A stretch of 64,000 bases of DNA from the human T2T-CHM13v2.0 reference genome, Homo sapiens (GCF_009914755.1 NC_060926.1); one strand, 5' to 3'. Positions 41,940 through 56,054 are shown, counted from the stretch's first letter. Notes: generated by a model not told the origin, from the sequence alone. Program-made: numbers and translations.

Positions 41940-44300
41940 CCAAGAAAGACAAAGGCCAGGACAAAAATTATCATCCCATCCCCAAGTGTACAACCCAGTA
42001 AAGGTGACTAACTCCCAAAGACAATACAAACTCACAAGGGAAAATAAAAAGACAAATATAAGACAAAGACACCAATCTGCAAACCTATAGGCTGAAGACA
42101 ACAAACTGCAAACCTACAAATTAACTTTAAAATGAGTATGCTAAATATCTTCAAATAAGCAAAAGAAAGTATTGTACACTTTGTTTATTGAAACAGAAAC
42201 AATAGTAAAATATAGCAACAATGACAACTAGTAGTTCTGGGTGTGAAAACATCACAGAAAAGAGAACTCAGTATATGGTTCACATACACACAGCTGAAGA
42301 ATTAGCAAGAGAAATGGAAAACAAGATGACGCAGTTTATTGAGAAGGATTACAAAGGGAGAATGCTAATAAAGGAATGCAGAATGAAGGGGAAGGTTAAG
42401 TTACATATCCAAAAAATTCAAACAGATTAAAAAAGAAATGACTGGAAAAATTTAATGAATTACTGATGCGGAGTTTAACAAATAAAATTATGAGAACTCA
42501 GATACAAAGGATTTATGGCAAGTCAAGCAGGACAAATAATAAAAACGACTGATACCTAGAAATGCAGTGAAATCTAAGAATTACAAAAACATAAAGACAA
42601 TTTTAAAGGCCACCAAGGAGAAAAAAAATAGATCTTCTATAATAAACTGAGAAACAGTCTTGCTTCTCAACATCTACAGATAATGTACTAAGTAGCAGAG
42701 CAGTAATATTTTCAGCATCATAAAGAAAAAGAAATTCCAACTATATAGTCATATATATAGTTAAACTACCATTTAAATGAGCAAAGCCCAATAAAGATAT
42801 TCTCAAGCACATTTCTTGATAAGTTTCATTACACAAAGAACCTCTTTGATAGTACCATTGGGTATAAAAAGATAAATATATTTAGGTGGTTTCTATCAGC
42901 AGAAAAGAGAGTATTAAAAGCTATGATAAATAATAAATATCAAACATGTAAATCCCCTGAAGTTGGTCTTATCATTGTCTCTATTTTATGGAATACAAAA
43001 TTGAAGCAAATAAATTTCACACACATGGGAAATAAAAATGCCAGGATTTGAACCCAGTAGTTTAGCTCCAGAGCTTGCATTCATACTTGCTACAAACAAT
43101 ACACATACACACACTTATACACACACACAAACACATACATAAAACAATTCAGAGTGAAAATTCAGAACTCCAGAACTGCTGTGTCATCGAACTCTAGTGA
43201 GCACCATTCACATGGAATATATTGTAATAACAGGGACCGTCCTTCACTTCGTAGTTTATGTAAAGGGCACCTTCTGGAGCTGTGCAATACAATGGCTCCA
43301 TTTTTATTAGAACACTATAATTGGCTAAGTCTATTTAAAAAACAACAGCTAACTATAAAACTCATACTTCCACATATGAACACATACTCCAAATTTATAG
43401 AATTAAAAACAGTGTAAAATTGGTTCAGTAATAAACATTTAAATTAGAATAGAATGGAAAGGTAAGGGACACACATACACACATAGGCGCTTGGCATATG
43501 AGAGAAGTGGCACAATAAACCAGCAGAAGAAGTATGCACAACTTAGATAGAAAATGTTGAGAAAATGGTTTACTATTTGGATACAATTAAGATATATCAC
43601 AGTTACACTGTACACAATGGTGAATTATGATAGCTAAAATGTCAAAGTTAGGTAAAGAAGGACTTCTGAGTAAGACCCCAAAGTTACAAACAATAGATAA
43701 AGTTGAATGCCATAGGAACATCTGTGTTGAACAGTAGATACTGCAGATAAGGTTAATATGTGAGTAATGTATTCAGAGACAAAAGCAGACAAAGAATTAA
43801 TGCTTGCAATTCAAGTACTTTTGCAAATCAACTAGGAAAATTGATGAAACTTAATGGGAAAATGAACAGAAACATTGATGAACAATTTATACAAGGGACA
43901 ACAAACATCAAAATCATTCAGAATCAAATGGAACAGTAATTTCCCTAGCAAAATTTCCTGTATAAAAAAGGTCAAAATTTGAAATAAATACTCTCACCCA
44001 CATTTACTCATTTTCTTATTTATTATCTAAATTATATTCTGAGGAACAATAGCTGGACTCAATTTTACTATGAATTCTTCAGAAAAAACTGATAAATATC
44101 TAAAACACTCAAAATATAGTATCTGTAGTCCATAGCCAAAATTTAAAAAAGGAAAAATATGTGAATATGAATATATATTTATAATAATAGTTATGACTGA
44201 TTTATAAGAATCAAGGAAACCAATGAAAAATGGAAGCAAATTTATATGCGGTGATACACTTACAACTCAGTGTTTAAAAATGTGCAAAATCTATTTAAAC
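41940..44300 (+). mobile_element. Highly degraded L1M fragments (5'/ORF1-like then ORF2 3'-like), with a MIR at ~42965-43090 (-)
   Basis: Strong A skew with motifs such as AAAGACAATTTTAAAGGCCACCAAGGAGAAAA and GGACTTCTGAGTAAGACCCCAAAGTTACAAAC. Boundaries approximate. Confidence 0.55.
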
Positions 44301-44309
44301 AGAGTTAGT

Positions 44310-44609
44310 GGCCAGGTGCAGTGGCTCACGCCTGTAATCCTAGCACTCTGGGAGGCTGAGGCGAGCAGATCACTTGAGGTCAGGAGTTAGAGACCAGCCT
44401 GGCCAACATGGTGAAATGCAGTCTCTACTAAAAATACAAAAATTAGATAGGCATGGTGGTGCACACCTGTAGTCCCAGCTACTTGGGAAGCTGAAGCAGG
44501 AGAATTGTTTGAACTCGAGGTGGAGGTTGCAATGAGCTGAGATTGTGTCACTGCTCTCCAGCCTGGGCAACAGAGTGGGACTATGTCTCAAAAAAACAAA
44601 CAAACAAAA
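44310..44609 (+). mobile_element. AluS (Sz-like)
   Basis: GGCCAGGTGCAGTGGCTCACGCC...GATCACTTGAGGTCAGG, with an (AAAC)n tail. Confidence 0.95.
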
Positions 44610-45009
44610 TGGGGTTAGCAATGCTACCTATAACATTTTTTTGATGATAAGGTTCATGTATTTATGTTTTCCATCCAAAAAATAATGACTGGCTGGCCCT
44701 TAGTATTTAAAATATATGTATAATTAACTAAATGTCCTCCTAAACCAGCATCTTAGATGAATTATTACTGTAATTATATAAAGAATACTTTCTTTGGTCC
44801 CATTTATTTTTCTGCTAGAAAGTAAAGAAACAAATAATGTATGGTCCATGACTAAGTATAACTTACTTGCATAAATTGATAAACTGTAGAAATATGTAAT
44901 TTTCACATATGAGGACACAAATGAAGATCCCCTAAGCCAACATGGAGAGAGATACAGGACCTGGAATTCCTCTAAGATATAATAACACCTAAGCCACATC
45001 TTAAGAGAG

Positions 45010-46497
45010 TAGATAGACTATGTGAATTAGAAGACCCAATATTAAGATGTTTACTTTCCCTAAATGCTGTAATCCAGATCAAAATCTCATGTGTAGTGAT
45101 AGATAAATAGATTGAAGAATCATAATAGATTGCAGAAATAGACACATATTATCAATTGGTTTTCAACAAAGGGCCAAGGCAATAAATGGAGAAAAAAAAT
45201 TTTGAAAAACATGGTTCCAGAAAAACTAGATAAATGTAAAAGAAAATCAAAACAAGAAAAAAACTTTGACACATACCCCACTCCATACCAAAAAATTTAA
45301 TTTGAAATAGATCATAGACTAAATATAAAACCAAAAGCTATAAAGTGTTTTGGAAAAAAATATAAAAATATAGATTCCACAAAAGAAAAAATACAAATAA
45401 ACTGGACTCTATCAAAATTAAAGACTTCTCTTAACCAATACTGTTAAGAAAATAAAGCAGATCACACACTGAGAGGAAATATTTGCAATACACATAACTG
45501 AAGAAGGACTTATATTTAGACTACATAAGCAACTTTTAATGATAAGTAAAAATAAAAACTACAGCAAAAATGGGCAAATTTCTTTAGGAACTTCTAAAAG
45601 GAAGATATATGATTAGCTAATAAGCACATAAAAATTGCTCAACATCTTAGTCATCAGGGAAATACAGTTCAAATGACAAGAAGACACTACTATACACACC
45701 TAGACTGGTTAGAAAAAAAAAAAAGAACAACAAAAAAGAAAATTACTGCAACACCAAATGTTGATGAAACTGCAGAGCCACTGGAACTCCCATTAATTGC
45801 TGTCAAAGTATGAAATGGTTCAACCACTTTGGAAAACCAAAAGTTTCTTATACACTTAAACTTATCATATGGTCCAATATTCCATTCCTAGGAACTGTCT
45901 AGATAAATAAAAATTCATTTATTATTACTATTGTTCTTATTACAACTACTATATACACATATACATATATACATGTATGTGTGTATTTGGTTGAAGTGTA
46001 TGTCATTAGTATATGGCTCCCGTGAATGTAATATCACATATACATATATACATGTAAGTGTATATAGTAGTTGTAATAAGAATACATGTAGAATACACAT
46101 ACATGCATATATGTATATGTGTATATAGTAGTAGTTGTAATAAGAATAATAGTAATAATAACTTACCAGTCCCTGCGACTACATTGGTAAATCTCAAAAA
46201 CATGATGTTAAATAAAAGTATGTGGATACAAAGGAGTACATGCTGTGTGATTTCATTTATATGAAGTTCAAGAACAGGAAGGGCTCATCTATGGTTACAG
46301 AAATGTGAAGAATACGTACTTACGAGGTCTGTGAATTGACTGCAAATGGATATGAAGAAAATTTCTGAGATGATGAGAATGAATGATTTATATGTTGACT
46401 ATGGTTTTTGTACTTAGATATAAACATCTGTTGATAGTAATTGACAAATACCATATATACACCTATGTAGATTCTATCTTAATAATTAAAAAAAAAT
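45010..46497 (+). mobile_element. L1MC/MD/ME-type ORF2 end plus 3'UTR, disrupted at 45917-46160
   Basis: TCAATTGGTTTTCAACAAAGGGCCAAGGCAAT; TGCTCAACATCTTAGTCATCAGGGAAAT; TGTGTGATTTCATTTATATGAAGTTCAAGAACAGG; terminal AATAATTAAAAAAAA. Confidence 0.8.
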
Positions 46498-46514
46498 ACT
46501 AAAAACCCCCTTAC

Positions 46515-47280
46515 TAGTTTGGTGGTAGATGTCTCACTGGATGGGCTTAACATACTGAACATAGCAGAGAACCAGATGAGTGAACTCAGAAAATATGTCA
46601 ATAGAAAATATTCAAACTGAAGTACAGACAGAAAAATGAATTCTAAAAAAAAAGTCAGAATATATGAGAATAGGTGGGACTCAACCGAAAGGTCAAATAA
46701 GCTTTAATTAGACTCCTAGAGTGCAAGGGGTAAGAGAATGATGCAAAAAAATTTTTTGAAGTAATAATCCAAAGAACAACATCAACCCACAGAAGAAAGA
46801 ATCTCAGCAAATCCCATAGGATACATACATAGAAAACTAATCATAGGCAATCATTGTCAAATTGCTAAAAATCAAATACAAACATAAAATTCCACAAGCA
46901 GCCAAAGCAAGATCTGATATTACATCCACGGGAGCCATATACTGATGACATACATGTCAACCAAATTTGGGGAGCTAGAAAACGATAGATTGAAATATTT
47001 AAAGTACTGAAAAGAATAAAAAAGCTACTAAAGTGTATATCCACTGAATATGTGCTTTTAAGATGAAGGTGAAATAAAGGTTTCAGATAAAATAAACAAA
47101 AACCCTGACTCCTTGCATTCCTCACACTTGCACTTCAAATATTACTGAAAAGATTTCATCACCATGAAGAAACATGATCTCAGATGCAAACTCAAAGCTT
47201 CAAGTTGGAATGAAATGACCAGAAACGATAAATGTGTAAGTAAATGAAAATGAATATTAATGACTTAAAGTTATAAAAAA
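46515..47280 (+). mobile_element. L1M ORF1-region fragment (probably resumes ~48450-48660)
   Basis: GGATGGGCTTAACATACTGAACATAGCAGAGAACCAGATGAGTGAACTC; GAAATATTTAAAGTACTGAAAAGAA; GATGAAGGTGAAATAAAGG. Confidence 0.7.
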
Positions 47281-47360
47281 AAACCAGGTTCTGACCAAGA
47301 AACAGAAAGCACAGTAATAATTTGAGCAGAAAAATATTAGTATAAAAGAATTATTAAATA

Positions 47361-47651
47361 GGCTGGGCTCGGTGGCTCACACCTATAATCCCAGCACTTT
47401 GGGAGGCTGAGGCGGGTGAATCACCTGAGGTCAGGAGTTTGAGACCAGCCTGGCCAATGTGGTGAAACCCTGTCTCTACTAAAAATACAAAAATTAGCCT
47501 GACATGGTAGCGGGGGCCTGTAATCCCATCTACTCGGAGGCTGAGGCAGGAGAATCACTTGAACCCCAGGAGGCGGAGGTTGCAGGGAGCCAAGATCATG
47601 CCATTGCATTCCAGCCTGGGTTACAGAGCAAGACTCCAAAAAAAAAAAAAA
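47361..47651 (+). mobile_element. AluS (Sx-like)
   Basis: Full Alu; TSD AAAAGAATTATTAAATA / AAAAGAATTATTTAGTA. Confidence 0.95.
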
Positions 47652-48151
47652 GAATTATTTAGTAAAAGGTGGTTAACAAATATAACAAAAGAATATAAGA
47701 AAATGCTAAGTAATACAGGAATAGCAAATAGCCTTCTATCTCCAAGGCTAAGGAAGAGCACCCAAAGATGAAATAAACCTGGGTGACCCCTTGCTTCCCA
47801 ACACTACTACTAGCCTGAGATTCAGTTCTTGCTAAAGAGGATAAGTCTGTGGCCTACTGGAGGGTGAAGACACTCACTGGGTGCCATGGCACAGAGCTGT
47901 TCCACAGCCAGTAGACTGGGAATGGTGAGCAGGAAGTTGCTTGATTTTTGGTGAAAATCTGAAACTTGAGAGCCACTGAACACTGTTTCATGTGCTGCTG
48001 GAAGCAATGCCATAGGAAGCAGAAAGAAAGGCCAGCAGAACCCAGAAGACAAGCTTCTTCCCTTGCTTTGCCCTGCAGTGTCCCAACAGCACCCCCCGCC
48101 CCACCGCAAAGCTTACTATTGAGCCAACTGATGAAGGAGAACTGATTGCAG

Positions 48152-48365
48152 CAAGCTTGTCCAGCCCGTGGTCCATGGGCTGCTCAGACGATTTTGAATG
48201 CAGCCCAACACAAATTCATGAAATTTCTTAAAACATTATGAGATTTATGCACGGAGCTTTTTTTTTTCAGCTTATCAGCTATCGTTGCTGTTAGCGTATT
48301 TTATGTGTGGCCCAAGACAATTCTTCCAATGTGGCCCAGGGAAACCAAAAGCTTGGACACCCCTG
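48152..48365 (-). mobile_element. MER30 (hAT-Charlie DNA transposon)
   Basis: TIRs CAAGCTTGTCCA...TTGGACACCCCTG with internal TTTTATGTGTGGCCCAAGACAATTCTTCCAATGTGGCCCAGGGAA. Degenerate 8-bp flanks GATTGCAG/GATTATGG. Confidence 0.92.
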
Positions 48366-49984
48366 GATTATGGGGTGCAATTCTAGTATCATGAGCAAGT
48401 AATGTAGGGCAGATCACAGCTGAGAGGCAATAAACTTATAACTGGCGTTTAACATAATATCTTGTAGGATATATAACGTGTAATTGTAAAATATGTGACT
48501 ATGCTAGCACAAAGAGTGAGAGGAGGGTAAACAGTTAAATCAATGTGAGATACTTGTTTTGTTTGGGTCATAAAAAATAAAGTAGTTTCAACATACAGAT
48601 GTATATCATACTAGAAACTAACCAAAGAGATCTCACTAAAAAGAATTTTTTAAAAAAAGATCATCAGCAAGGATATCTGTCTTGCTTTTTCCCATTATTA
48701 TAATTAGAAATATTTTTTCTAGCAATAGAAAAAAATTAGATTTATCCACACAACTAAATATGGTTCTATAATTTTAGAGAAACAGGAATTGTAAATGAGT
48801 ATGTACCCACAACAAATGTTCATTATATGAAGTCTAGTGATAAAAATAGATTTTAAAAGTGTAAATACTATCTTTTAATAGCTAGATTATTGAGCACTTG
48901 TGGCATACCAGGCACTCGGCAACATGTTCTCATTTTATCTTACTGGCAGCCCTACAAGGTATTACCTCCATTACAATATAATCCCATTTTCATAAATACA
49001 GTCACACATATATTTATAGGAAAAATACTAAATTTATCTCTGATTTGGTGGGATAACCAGTACTTTTAAATTAACCTCCATTTGCTTTAGAATATTTTCT
49101 ATTTATCTCCACTGTGAACATGTATTAGTATTCTGAAAAAAAAATTAAATAAGCATGTAGAATTAAAGCAATGGGTAATCTAATCACAATTATTTACCTC
49201 AGACAGTGGAAAAATTAACCTATAAATTTAAGAAATATGCCTGAAGATTATGAGACTAAGCAGTTTATAACTCAGTAGTTAATATAGTTTGCAGATTGTT
49301 TTTATTCCTTTGTTAAAAGAATCAGTATGGAAGATTTGGCTTTTCATCATGCCTCTACCATTAACAAGAGTAAGTTGTTTTCAATTACTTTGAATATGAA
49401 AAACTACAAACATTACTTTCAAGAGATTAATTAAGGTCTCATAACTTGTTCTTTTAATTTAGGTACACTGACATAAGGTATCCACAGATGGTTCACACAG
49501 TTGATCCATGGTTGAAACTACAGGACCTGTATTATATCTGAAATAAACAGAAAGACATGAATTTTCTGCTCACAAAAAAGATAGCAATCTTTATTTAAAC
49601 AGCTCTGTGTAATATGAATCAAAGAGAACAGACAGTTTAGTAAGTAAGAGGACCCAAACTTTTATGCAAGATCTATGATATTCATCTTTTTTTTTTCTTC
49701 TGAGCACGTAAATGTCTTTGCAAAACAAACAATTTTGGGACTTACTGAATAAATAAATTGATCTGTGTAAAGTAGATTATAATAATGTAAGGATAGAATA
49801 TAAAGTCCTATAAAGGTAAATAAATGAAGTTTTAAAATGTGGGTTCAAGGGAGTCTTCCATAAGGAGGTAACATTTCATCAGGACTGAGGGTCCAGACCT
49901 GTCCTGGGATATTCTTATATACTACAGAGAAGGCATCCCTTGAAATATGCACTCCAAATAAAAGTTCACTAGGTCTAATATCTG

Positions 49985-50930
49985 TACACTCTGTTTCTTA
50001 TCCTTTCTTCTAAAAGTTTTTAAAATCTTGCTGTCTGTCATGATCCATTCCTGGTGTCTTCTACTGGTCTCTCTCGTACCTCTCTAATTCTCTTTTATTC
50101 ACATCTATTCTGCATTAAAACTATTCATAAACTTTTTTATCTTGTTTCTTACAATTTCCAGTTCTAGAAGTCATATTTGTCTTCTAATATTTTATCATTT
50201 CAAATTATTTTTCCAGATTGTTATTCTTGTCTTTAAAATGACCTGAAGTGTAGTAAGCATTGTTTTTATTGAAAGTCTGCATTTTATATTTCCAATATCA
50301 GGAGCCCCAGTGGATGTCTTTCAGTTTCCCTTTTTTCCAATTTATTCTGATTTATATATTTTTTGTCTCCTTGGTTGTGTATAATTAGATGCTCGACATG
50401 ATAACCGATAATTTATTTGTAGATATAGTTTGAAGTTTAGGATATTGTTTTCCACTGGTGTGGCACCTGGGAGAAGTAGCTTTCCAGAATACCCTAAAGA
50501 AATTTGAGCAACGAATATTTCCAAGGCCATTCAAATGACTAGAGGCTGGACTATGGTTTGGTCTGTATGAGGACTGATTTGTGTCCACTTCACCTTCTGT
50601 CCCAATTCAGAGATAAGGGGATTATACCAGGGTCACTGTCCTTGTGAACCCTTTACTCTAAATTGTGACTGCAAGCCATGAAAGAATTTCAGAAGAGCTA
50701 TTCAGACTTGCAGCCACCTCTCTGAGAATCTGCAGAGGTCCCAAAGGTGACTCACTTCTGTGGATTTCAATCTTCTCTTGGAAATTGAGCTAGAAACATT
50801 TCATAACTTTTAGCTTTCTGATGCCTTCAAGCAGCTATTTTGAGTAACTGCTCCCACCTCCTAATTTCTAGTTTTCTCAATGAGAAGGTTACTTAGTTAT
50901 TTTCTAATTTGCAATTTTAAGAAGAGGAAG
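49985..50930 (-). mobile_element. Degraded L1M 5'-region fragment
   Basis: T-skewed, with motifs such as CTTACAATTTCCAGTTCTAGAAGTCATATTTG and TTTAGCTTTCTGATGCCTTCAAGCAG. Confidence 0.4.
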
Positions 50931-51259
50931 TCTCCATACAGAATGTTAAGGACATATACTTTACAAGTAGTTCAAAGTGGAAGAAACACAGCTAAGAACA
51001 ATCCAGGGGTTATAAACAAAACATAGTCTGGAGGAATTTGACCTAATTGGTGAAAGTCATTTTGGCTTTTCGTGATGAAATATTAAAAAAAAATCAAACA
51101 AGTGATTTTTTTTTTTTAGAAAGCTAACTCTGAAGGCCTCTGAGGACTTACAAATGTGCACCGTCTGTGAGGCACTAATACAAACACTATCCTTCCTGCC
51201 AAGGCAATGCTGCATGGCTAGAAATGGGAATGCCTTGTTTATACCATCAAGCTCTAAAG

Positions 51260-51299
51260 ACACACACACACACGCACACACACACAAACACACACACAC
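51260..51299. repeat. Imperfect (CA)n microsatellite
   Basis: ACACACACACACACGCACACACACACAAACACACACACAC. Confidence 0.9.
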
Positions 51300-54071
51300 C
51301 ATTTTCAGTCATTCATTGACATTAATTATGGCTTGTTCTCTTAGCTCTTGAATTACACAAGGTTGGCTTCATAGAAAAGAACTCAGTTGATAACATTTGC
51401 TTATCTTTATGGATAAAAACAACTTTTAAGAACACAAATATGTTTTTCCTTTGATTAAAACAAATGATTCAGGAAAACATGAAGCTGTTTTGTGTTTTTC
51501 TCTATCTTCAAAATAGTTTTATTCTATTTTGGGAGGCAAGGCTCTGGCGATTGTCAACTACTGCATTCTAGGACACTGCATATAATTCCAAAGTTTAAAG
51601 CATATGATTTGCTTAAGGTAATCAAATAAGCTAAGTTCATATCAAACCTTCCTTCTGTTTTCACCATGTCTGAATAACCTTATAATGATGGAGACCAGAA
51701 CCATTGCCTAGCTTTGCATAGGATGGCATAAAAATACAGCCTTCACTTGTGAATGTCTTTGATAAAAATGAAACGTAAATATTTTTCAGTTTTATTTTAC
51801 AACTCAAATTCAAAACATCCATATTTTAAAGACCACTCACAAAGAGAAAAAGGTAACACAAATTTTAATAAGATATATCTGTTTTGAAATAATCTACTCT
51901 AGTAAGTATAAGAGGTTTTGTCTTATTGATACCAATTATAGATAAAATATTACAGAATGAGTGTACATTTTGAGATTGCTAAAAAAAGTAGCATTAAAAT
52001 AATGGATACACAATTTTATGCTATTTAAAAGTTCAAAAAGAAATAAAACCTATATATCAGATAAGACATCAGTTTAAAATTTGCAAGAAACATATAATTT
52101 ACTGTAGATTGGTTTTCAATGCTCATTTTATACTTACATTAGTGGTATTTATTAAAATATTTACAAGTTGTTTCAAGAAGGAAGGATAATCTGTAATTTA
52201 GCTTTATGTTAAAATATCTCTGTAAATAAGATGTTAAACTGTTAATTTTGACTATTTCTGATCTACAATGTAGGCTTTAAGTATAAATCCTTAAAAGAGT
52301 GCCTTAATGTGTATCTTTTAAGAAATGTATCCGGGCATGTAAGATTTTAAAGAAAAAGAACAGAATAATTTTGTGAAACAAACTGTGAGTTACATTAAAG
52401 AAGAGTACTTAGTTATGAATATATTAAATAAATTCATAATTTGTACTCTTTATGACTGAAATTATGTAATGTTCAGTTCTGTATGTGTGTTTTACTTGAT
52501 TGATACCCAAATGAATGCTGCATTGATTCTATATTATCCTTCTTAATTATCTTAAATCTAAATGTAAAATAACACACATACATGTACAATGTCTCAGGAG
52601 TACCGTGGGGTGTGTAGCACTTTTAATTAAATTTGGTAAACATCTTAATGTTCCAAAATTTATTTCTATTTTCTGATTTACTGTTAGTTGTGCAAGAGAT
52701 TAAAATAACCAGTAAGAGGTAATATAATCAAGCAATACTGTTATGAGAACCGGTACATGCATTACTTTCTAAAGCTGACATGTTTCTCCGGGCCCTTCTG
52801 CTTTTTAAACTCGATTACAGCCTGTATTTTCTAAAACAATGGATGGACTATATAAGTCTGTCTTCTGAAGTGATGAGTTAGAGAATGTTGCAAGAGTACT
52901 TGCCAAATCATAGTACCATTATTAATTCAAGCATGATGAAATTGCTCATTTTTACTATAATCATGTAATTCATCAAAATACTACTAGACCATATCACTCT
53001 CGGCTATTACACTGATATAGCACCTAATTCTAACACCAACAAAAGCAGAAAATTATTTTGCTGTTTATCTCCCAAAAACAGTAATTGTTTTGAATTTGGG
53101 CAAGCGTTGACTCATATTTTGATAAAAGGAAAATTTCAACATGTTTTTATGTACTGACTTGAATGTAGTTGTTTTGCATTTGAATAACCTCATCTATTAA
53201 ACTTTAAAATACGTCAGGGTGTTGAAAACTGAAATTCCCTCATGTCAGTTTCTTTATTATTCTTGATGAATATATCACAAACTGGGGTAGTATACAAGTA
53301 AATATCCCCTTAAGTCATAAACAGAATCATGAAAAACTACAGTCTCATTACTGAACAGTTCTTCCTTGAAAGTTTCTTTTGCCGTCAAACTTATATACTT
53401 CCAAATGTTATGTTGGAAATTGAAATGCAGTGGACAATAGCCCTACTTCTTGTCATTTACCCATAAAAGTTTTGTTGAGCACAATTCATTAGGAATAAAA
53501 AAATCAGTAAAATGTTTGTACATATTGTTTACTAATATACTCAACTTTTGTCTAATGCTCATGGATTTATTTCATAAAATAAGAACCATTTACTGCTACT
53601 AAAATAATATTGCAATGAATAACAATATCCACTTATTTATATGCTATACTTGAGCGTTCAACATGTGTGAAATTGTCCCTGCTCCTTTCTGAGGACTGAA
53701 TTGTCTGCACCACAGTGCCATGCAGAGAACAACCTTATTAGAAGGTAGAGTTATCAATAAATAGATAAATTAAAATAAACTAAGCTAAAATAGATTTTAA
53801 AAAAAGAAACTCTGGTTGCTTCTTGTGCCACTGAATCTATTATTTTATTGTATGTTTCCTTTGTCTTTATTTTAGAGTTTATGTTTGTAATTTAGTTTTC
53901 TTCATCCAGTGGGTCTGACAACCTTGGAGACCTTCAGTATGGTAGATTTTTAAGGTAGGTAGATCCCGCTACCCCCACTGATTCCGATTTATATGGGGAG
54001 AGGAACACAGCCTGAAACATATTCCTTGCCCTTGCCGCTCCTCCTTTCCTCTACCCTGATTTCAGATCACT

Positions 54072-56012
54072 GTTTATTTATTTTATTTATTTTTTATTTT
54101 ACTTTAAGTTCTGGGATACAAGTGCTGGACATGCAGATTTGTTACATAGGTATGCATGTGCCATGGTGCTTTGCTGCACCTATCAACCCAGTCATCTAGG
54201 TTTTAAGCCCCGCATGCATTAGGTATTTGTCCTAATGCTCTTCCTCTGCTTTCTCCGGATCCCCCAACAGGCCCCAGTGTGTGATGTTCCCCTTCCTGTG
54301 TCCATGTGTTCTCATTGTTCAACTCCCACTTATGAGTGAGAACATGAGGTGTTTGGTTTTCTGTTCCTGTGTTAGTTTGCTGAGGATGATGGTTTCCAGC
54401 TTCATCCATGTCCCTGTAAAGTACATGAACTCATCCTTTTTTATGGCTGCAGAGTAGTGCATGGTGTATATGTGCCACATTTTCTTTATCCAGTCTATCA
54501 TCGATGGGCATTTAGGTTGATTCCAAGTCTTTGCTATTGTAAATAGTGCTGCAATAAACATACATGTACATGTGTCTTTATAGTAGAATGACTTATAATC
54601 CTTTGGATATATACCCAGTAATGGGATTGCTGGGTCAAATGGTATTTCTGGTTCTAGATCGTTGAGGAATCACCACACTATCTTCCACAATGGTTGAACT
54701 AATTTACACTCCACCAACAGTGTAAAAGCATTCCTATTTCTCCACATCCCCTTCAGCATCTGTTGTTTCCAGACTTTTTAATGATCACCATTCTAACTGG
54801 CATGAGATGGTATCTCATTGTGGTTTTGATTTGCATTTCTCTAATGACCAGTGATGATGAGCTTTTTTTTCCACGTTTGTTGCCTGCATAAATGTCTTCT
54901 TTTGAGAAGTGTCTGTTCATATTCTTTGCCCACTTTTTGATGGGGTTGTATTTTTCTTATAAATTTGTTTAAGTTCCTTGTAGATTCTGGATACGAGATC
55001 TTTGTCAGATGGGTAGATTGCAAAAATTTTCTTCCATTCTGTAGGTTGCCTGTTTAATCTGGTGATACTTTCTTTTGCTGAGCAGCTCTTTAGTTTAATT
55101 AGATCCCATTGGTCAATTTTGGCTTTTGTTGCTATTGCTTTTGATGTTTTGGTCATGAAGTATTTGCTCATGCCTATGTCCTGAATGATATTGCCTAGGA
55201 TTTCTCAAAGTTTTTATGGCTTTAGATTTTACGTTTAAGTCTTTAATCCATCTTGAATTAATTTTTGTATAAGGTGTAAGGAAGGGGTCCAGTTTCTGTT
55301 TTCTGCATATGGCTAGCCAGTTTCCCCAGCGACATTTATTAAATAGGGAATCCTTTCCCTATTGCTTGCTTTTGTCAGGTTTGTTGAAGATCAGATAGTT
55401 GTAGATGTGTGGTGTTATTTCTCACGCCCTTGTTCTGTTCCATTGGTCTATATATCTGTTTTGGTACCAGTACTATGCTGTTTTGGTTACTGTAGCCTTG
55501 TAATATAGTTTGAAGTCAGGTAGCATGATGCCTCCAGGTTTGTTGTTTTTGCTTAGGATTGTCTTGGCTATACAGGCTCTTTTTTAGTTTCATATGAAAT
55601 TTAAAGTCGTTTTTTTCTAGTTCTGTGAAGAAAGGCAATGACAGCTTGATGGGAATAGCATTGAATATATAAATTACTTTGGGCAGTATGGCCATTTTTA
55701 CAATATTGATTCTTTGTATCCATGAGCATGGAATTTTTTTCCATTTGTTTGTGTTCTCTTTTATTTCCTTGAGCAGTGGTTTGTAGTTCTCATTGAAGAG
55801 GTCCTTCATGTCCCTTGTAAGTTTTATTACTAGGTATTTTATTTTCTTTGTAGCAATTGTGAATGAGAATTCACTCATGATTTGGCTCTCTGCTGTCTAT
55901 TATTGGTGTACAGGAATGCTTGTGATTTTTGTCCATTGATTTTTTTATCCTGAGTCTTTGCTGAAGTTGTTTATCAGCTTAAGGTGTTTTTGGGCTGAGA
56001 CGATGGGGTTTT
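54072..56012 (-). mobile_element. 5'-truncated L1PA (L1PA7/8-like), ~1.9 kb
   Basis: The 3'UTR TCTAGGTTTTAAGCCCCGCATGCATTAGGTATTTGTCCTAATGC is diagnostic. Minus-strand ORF2p peptides MFIAALFTIAKTWNQPKCPSMIDWIKKMWHIYTM and [23 protein letters not shown] are broken by frameshifts. Confidence 0.95.
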
Positions 56013-56054
56013 AACACTCTCTTCTTTTTTAAAACAATGTTTAAATTAAATTAA

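Larger units (their letters stand above)
47285..48446. mobile_element. ERVL-type LTR (LTR33/LTR41-like) hosting an Alu and a MER30
   Basis: Starts CCAGGTTCTGACCAAGAAACAGAAAGCACA and ends GGGCAGATCACAGCTGAGAGGCAATAAACTTATAACTGGC, resembling recalled ERVL LTR termini. Confidence 0.55.

Noticed and set aside
45915-46264. Four similar Y/I/C/H-rich ORFs on both strands
   Set aside because: They arise from the (TA/CA)-rich inverted patchwork described in the findings, not from coding sequence.
54203-55878. ORF2p-like ORFs as an active L1
   Set aside because: 5'-truncated to ~1.9 kb, frameshifted, and lacking promoter, ORF1 and endonuclease.
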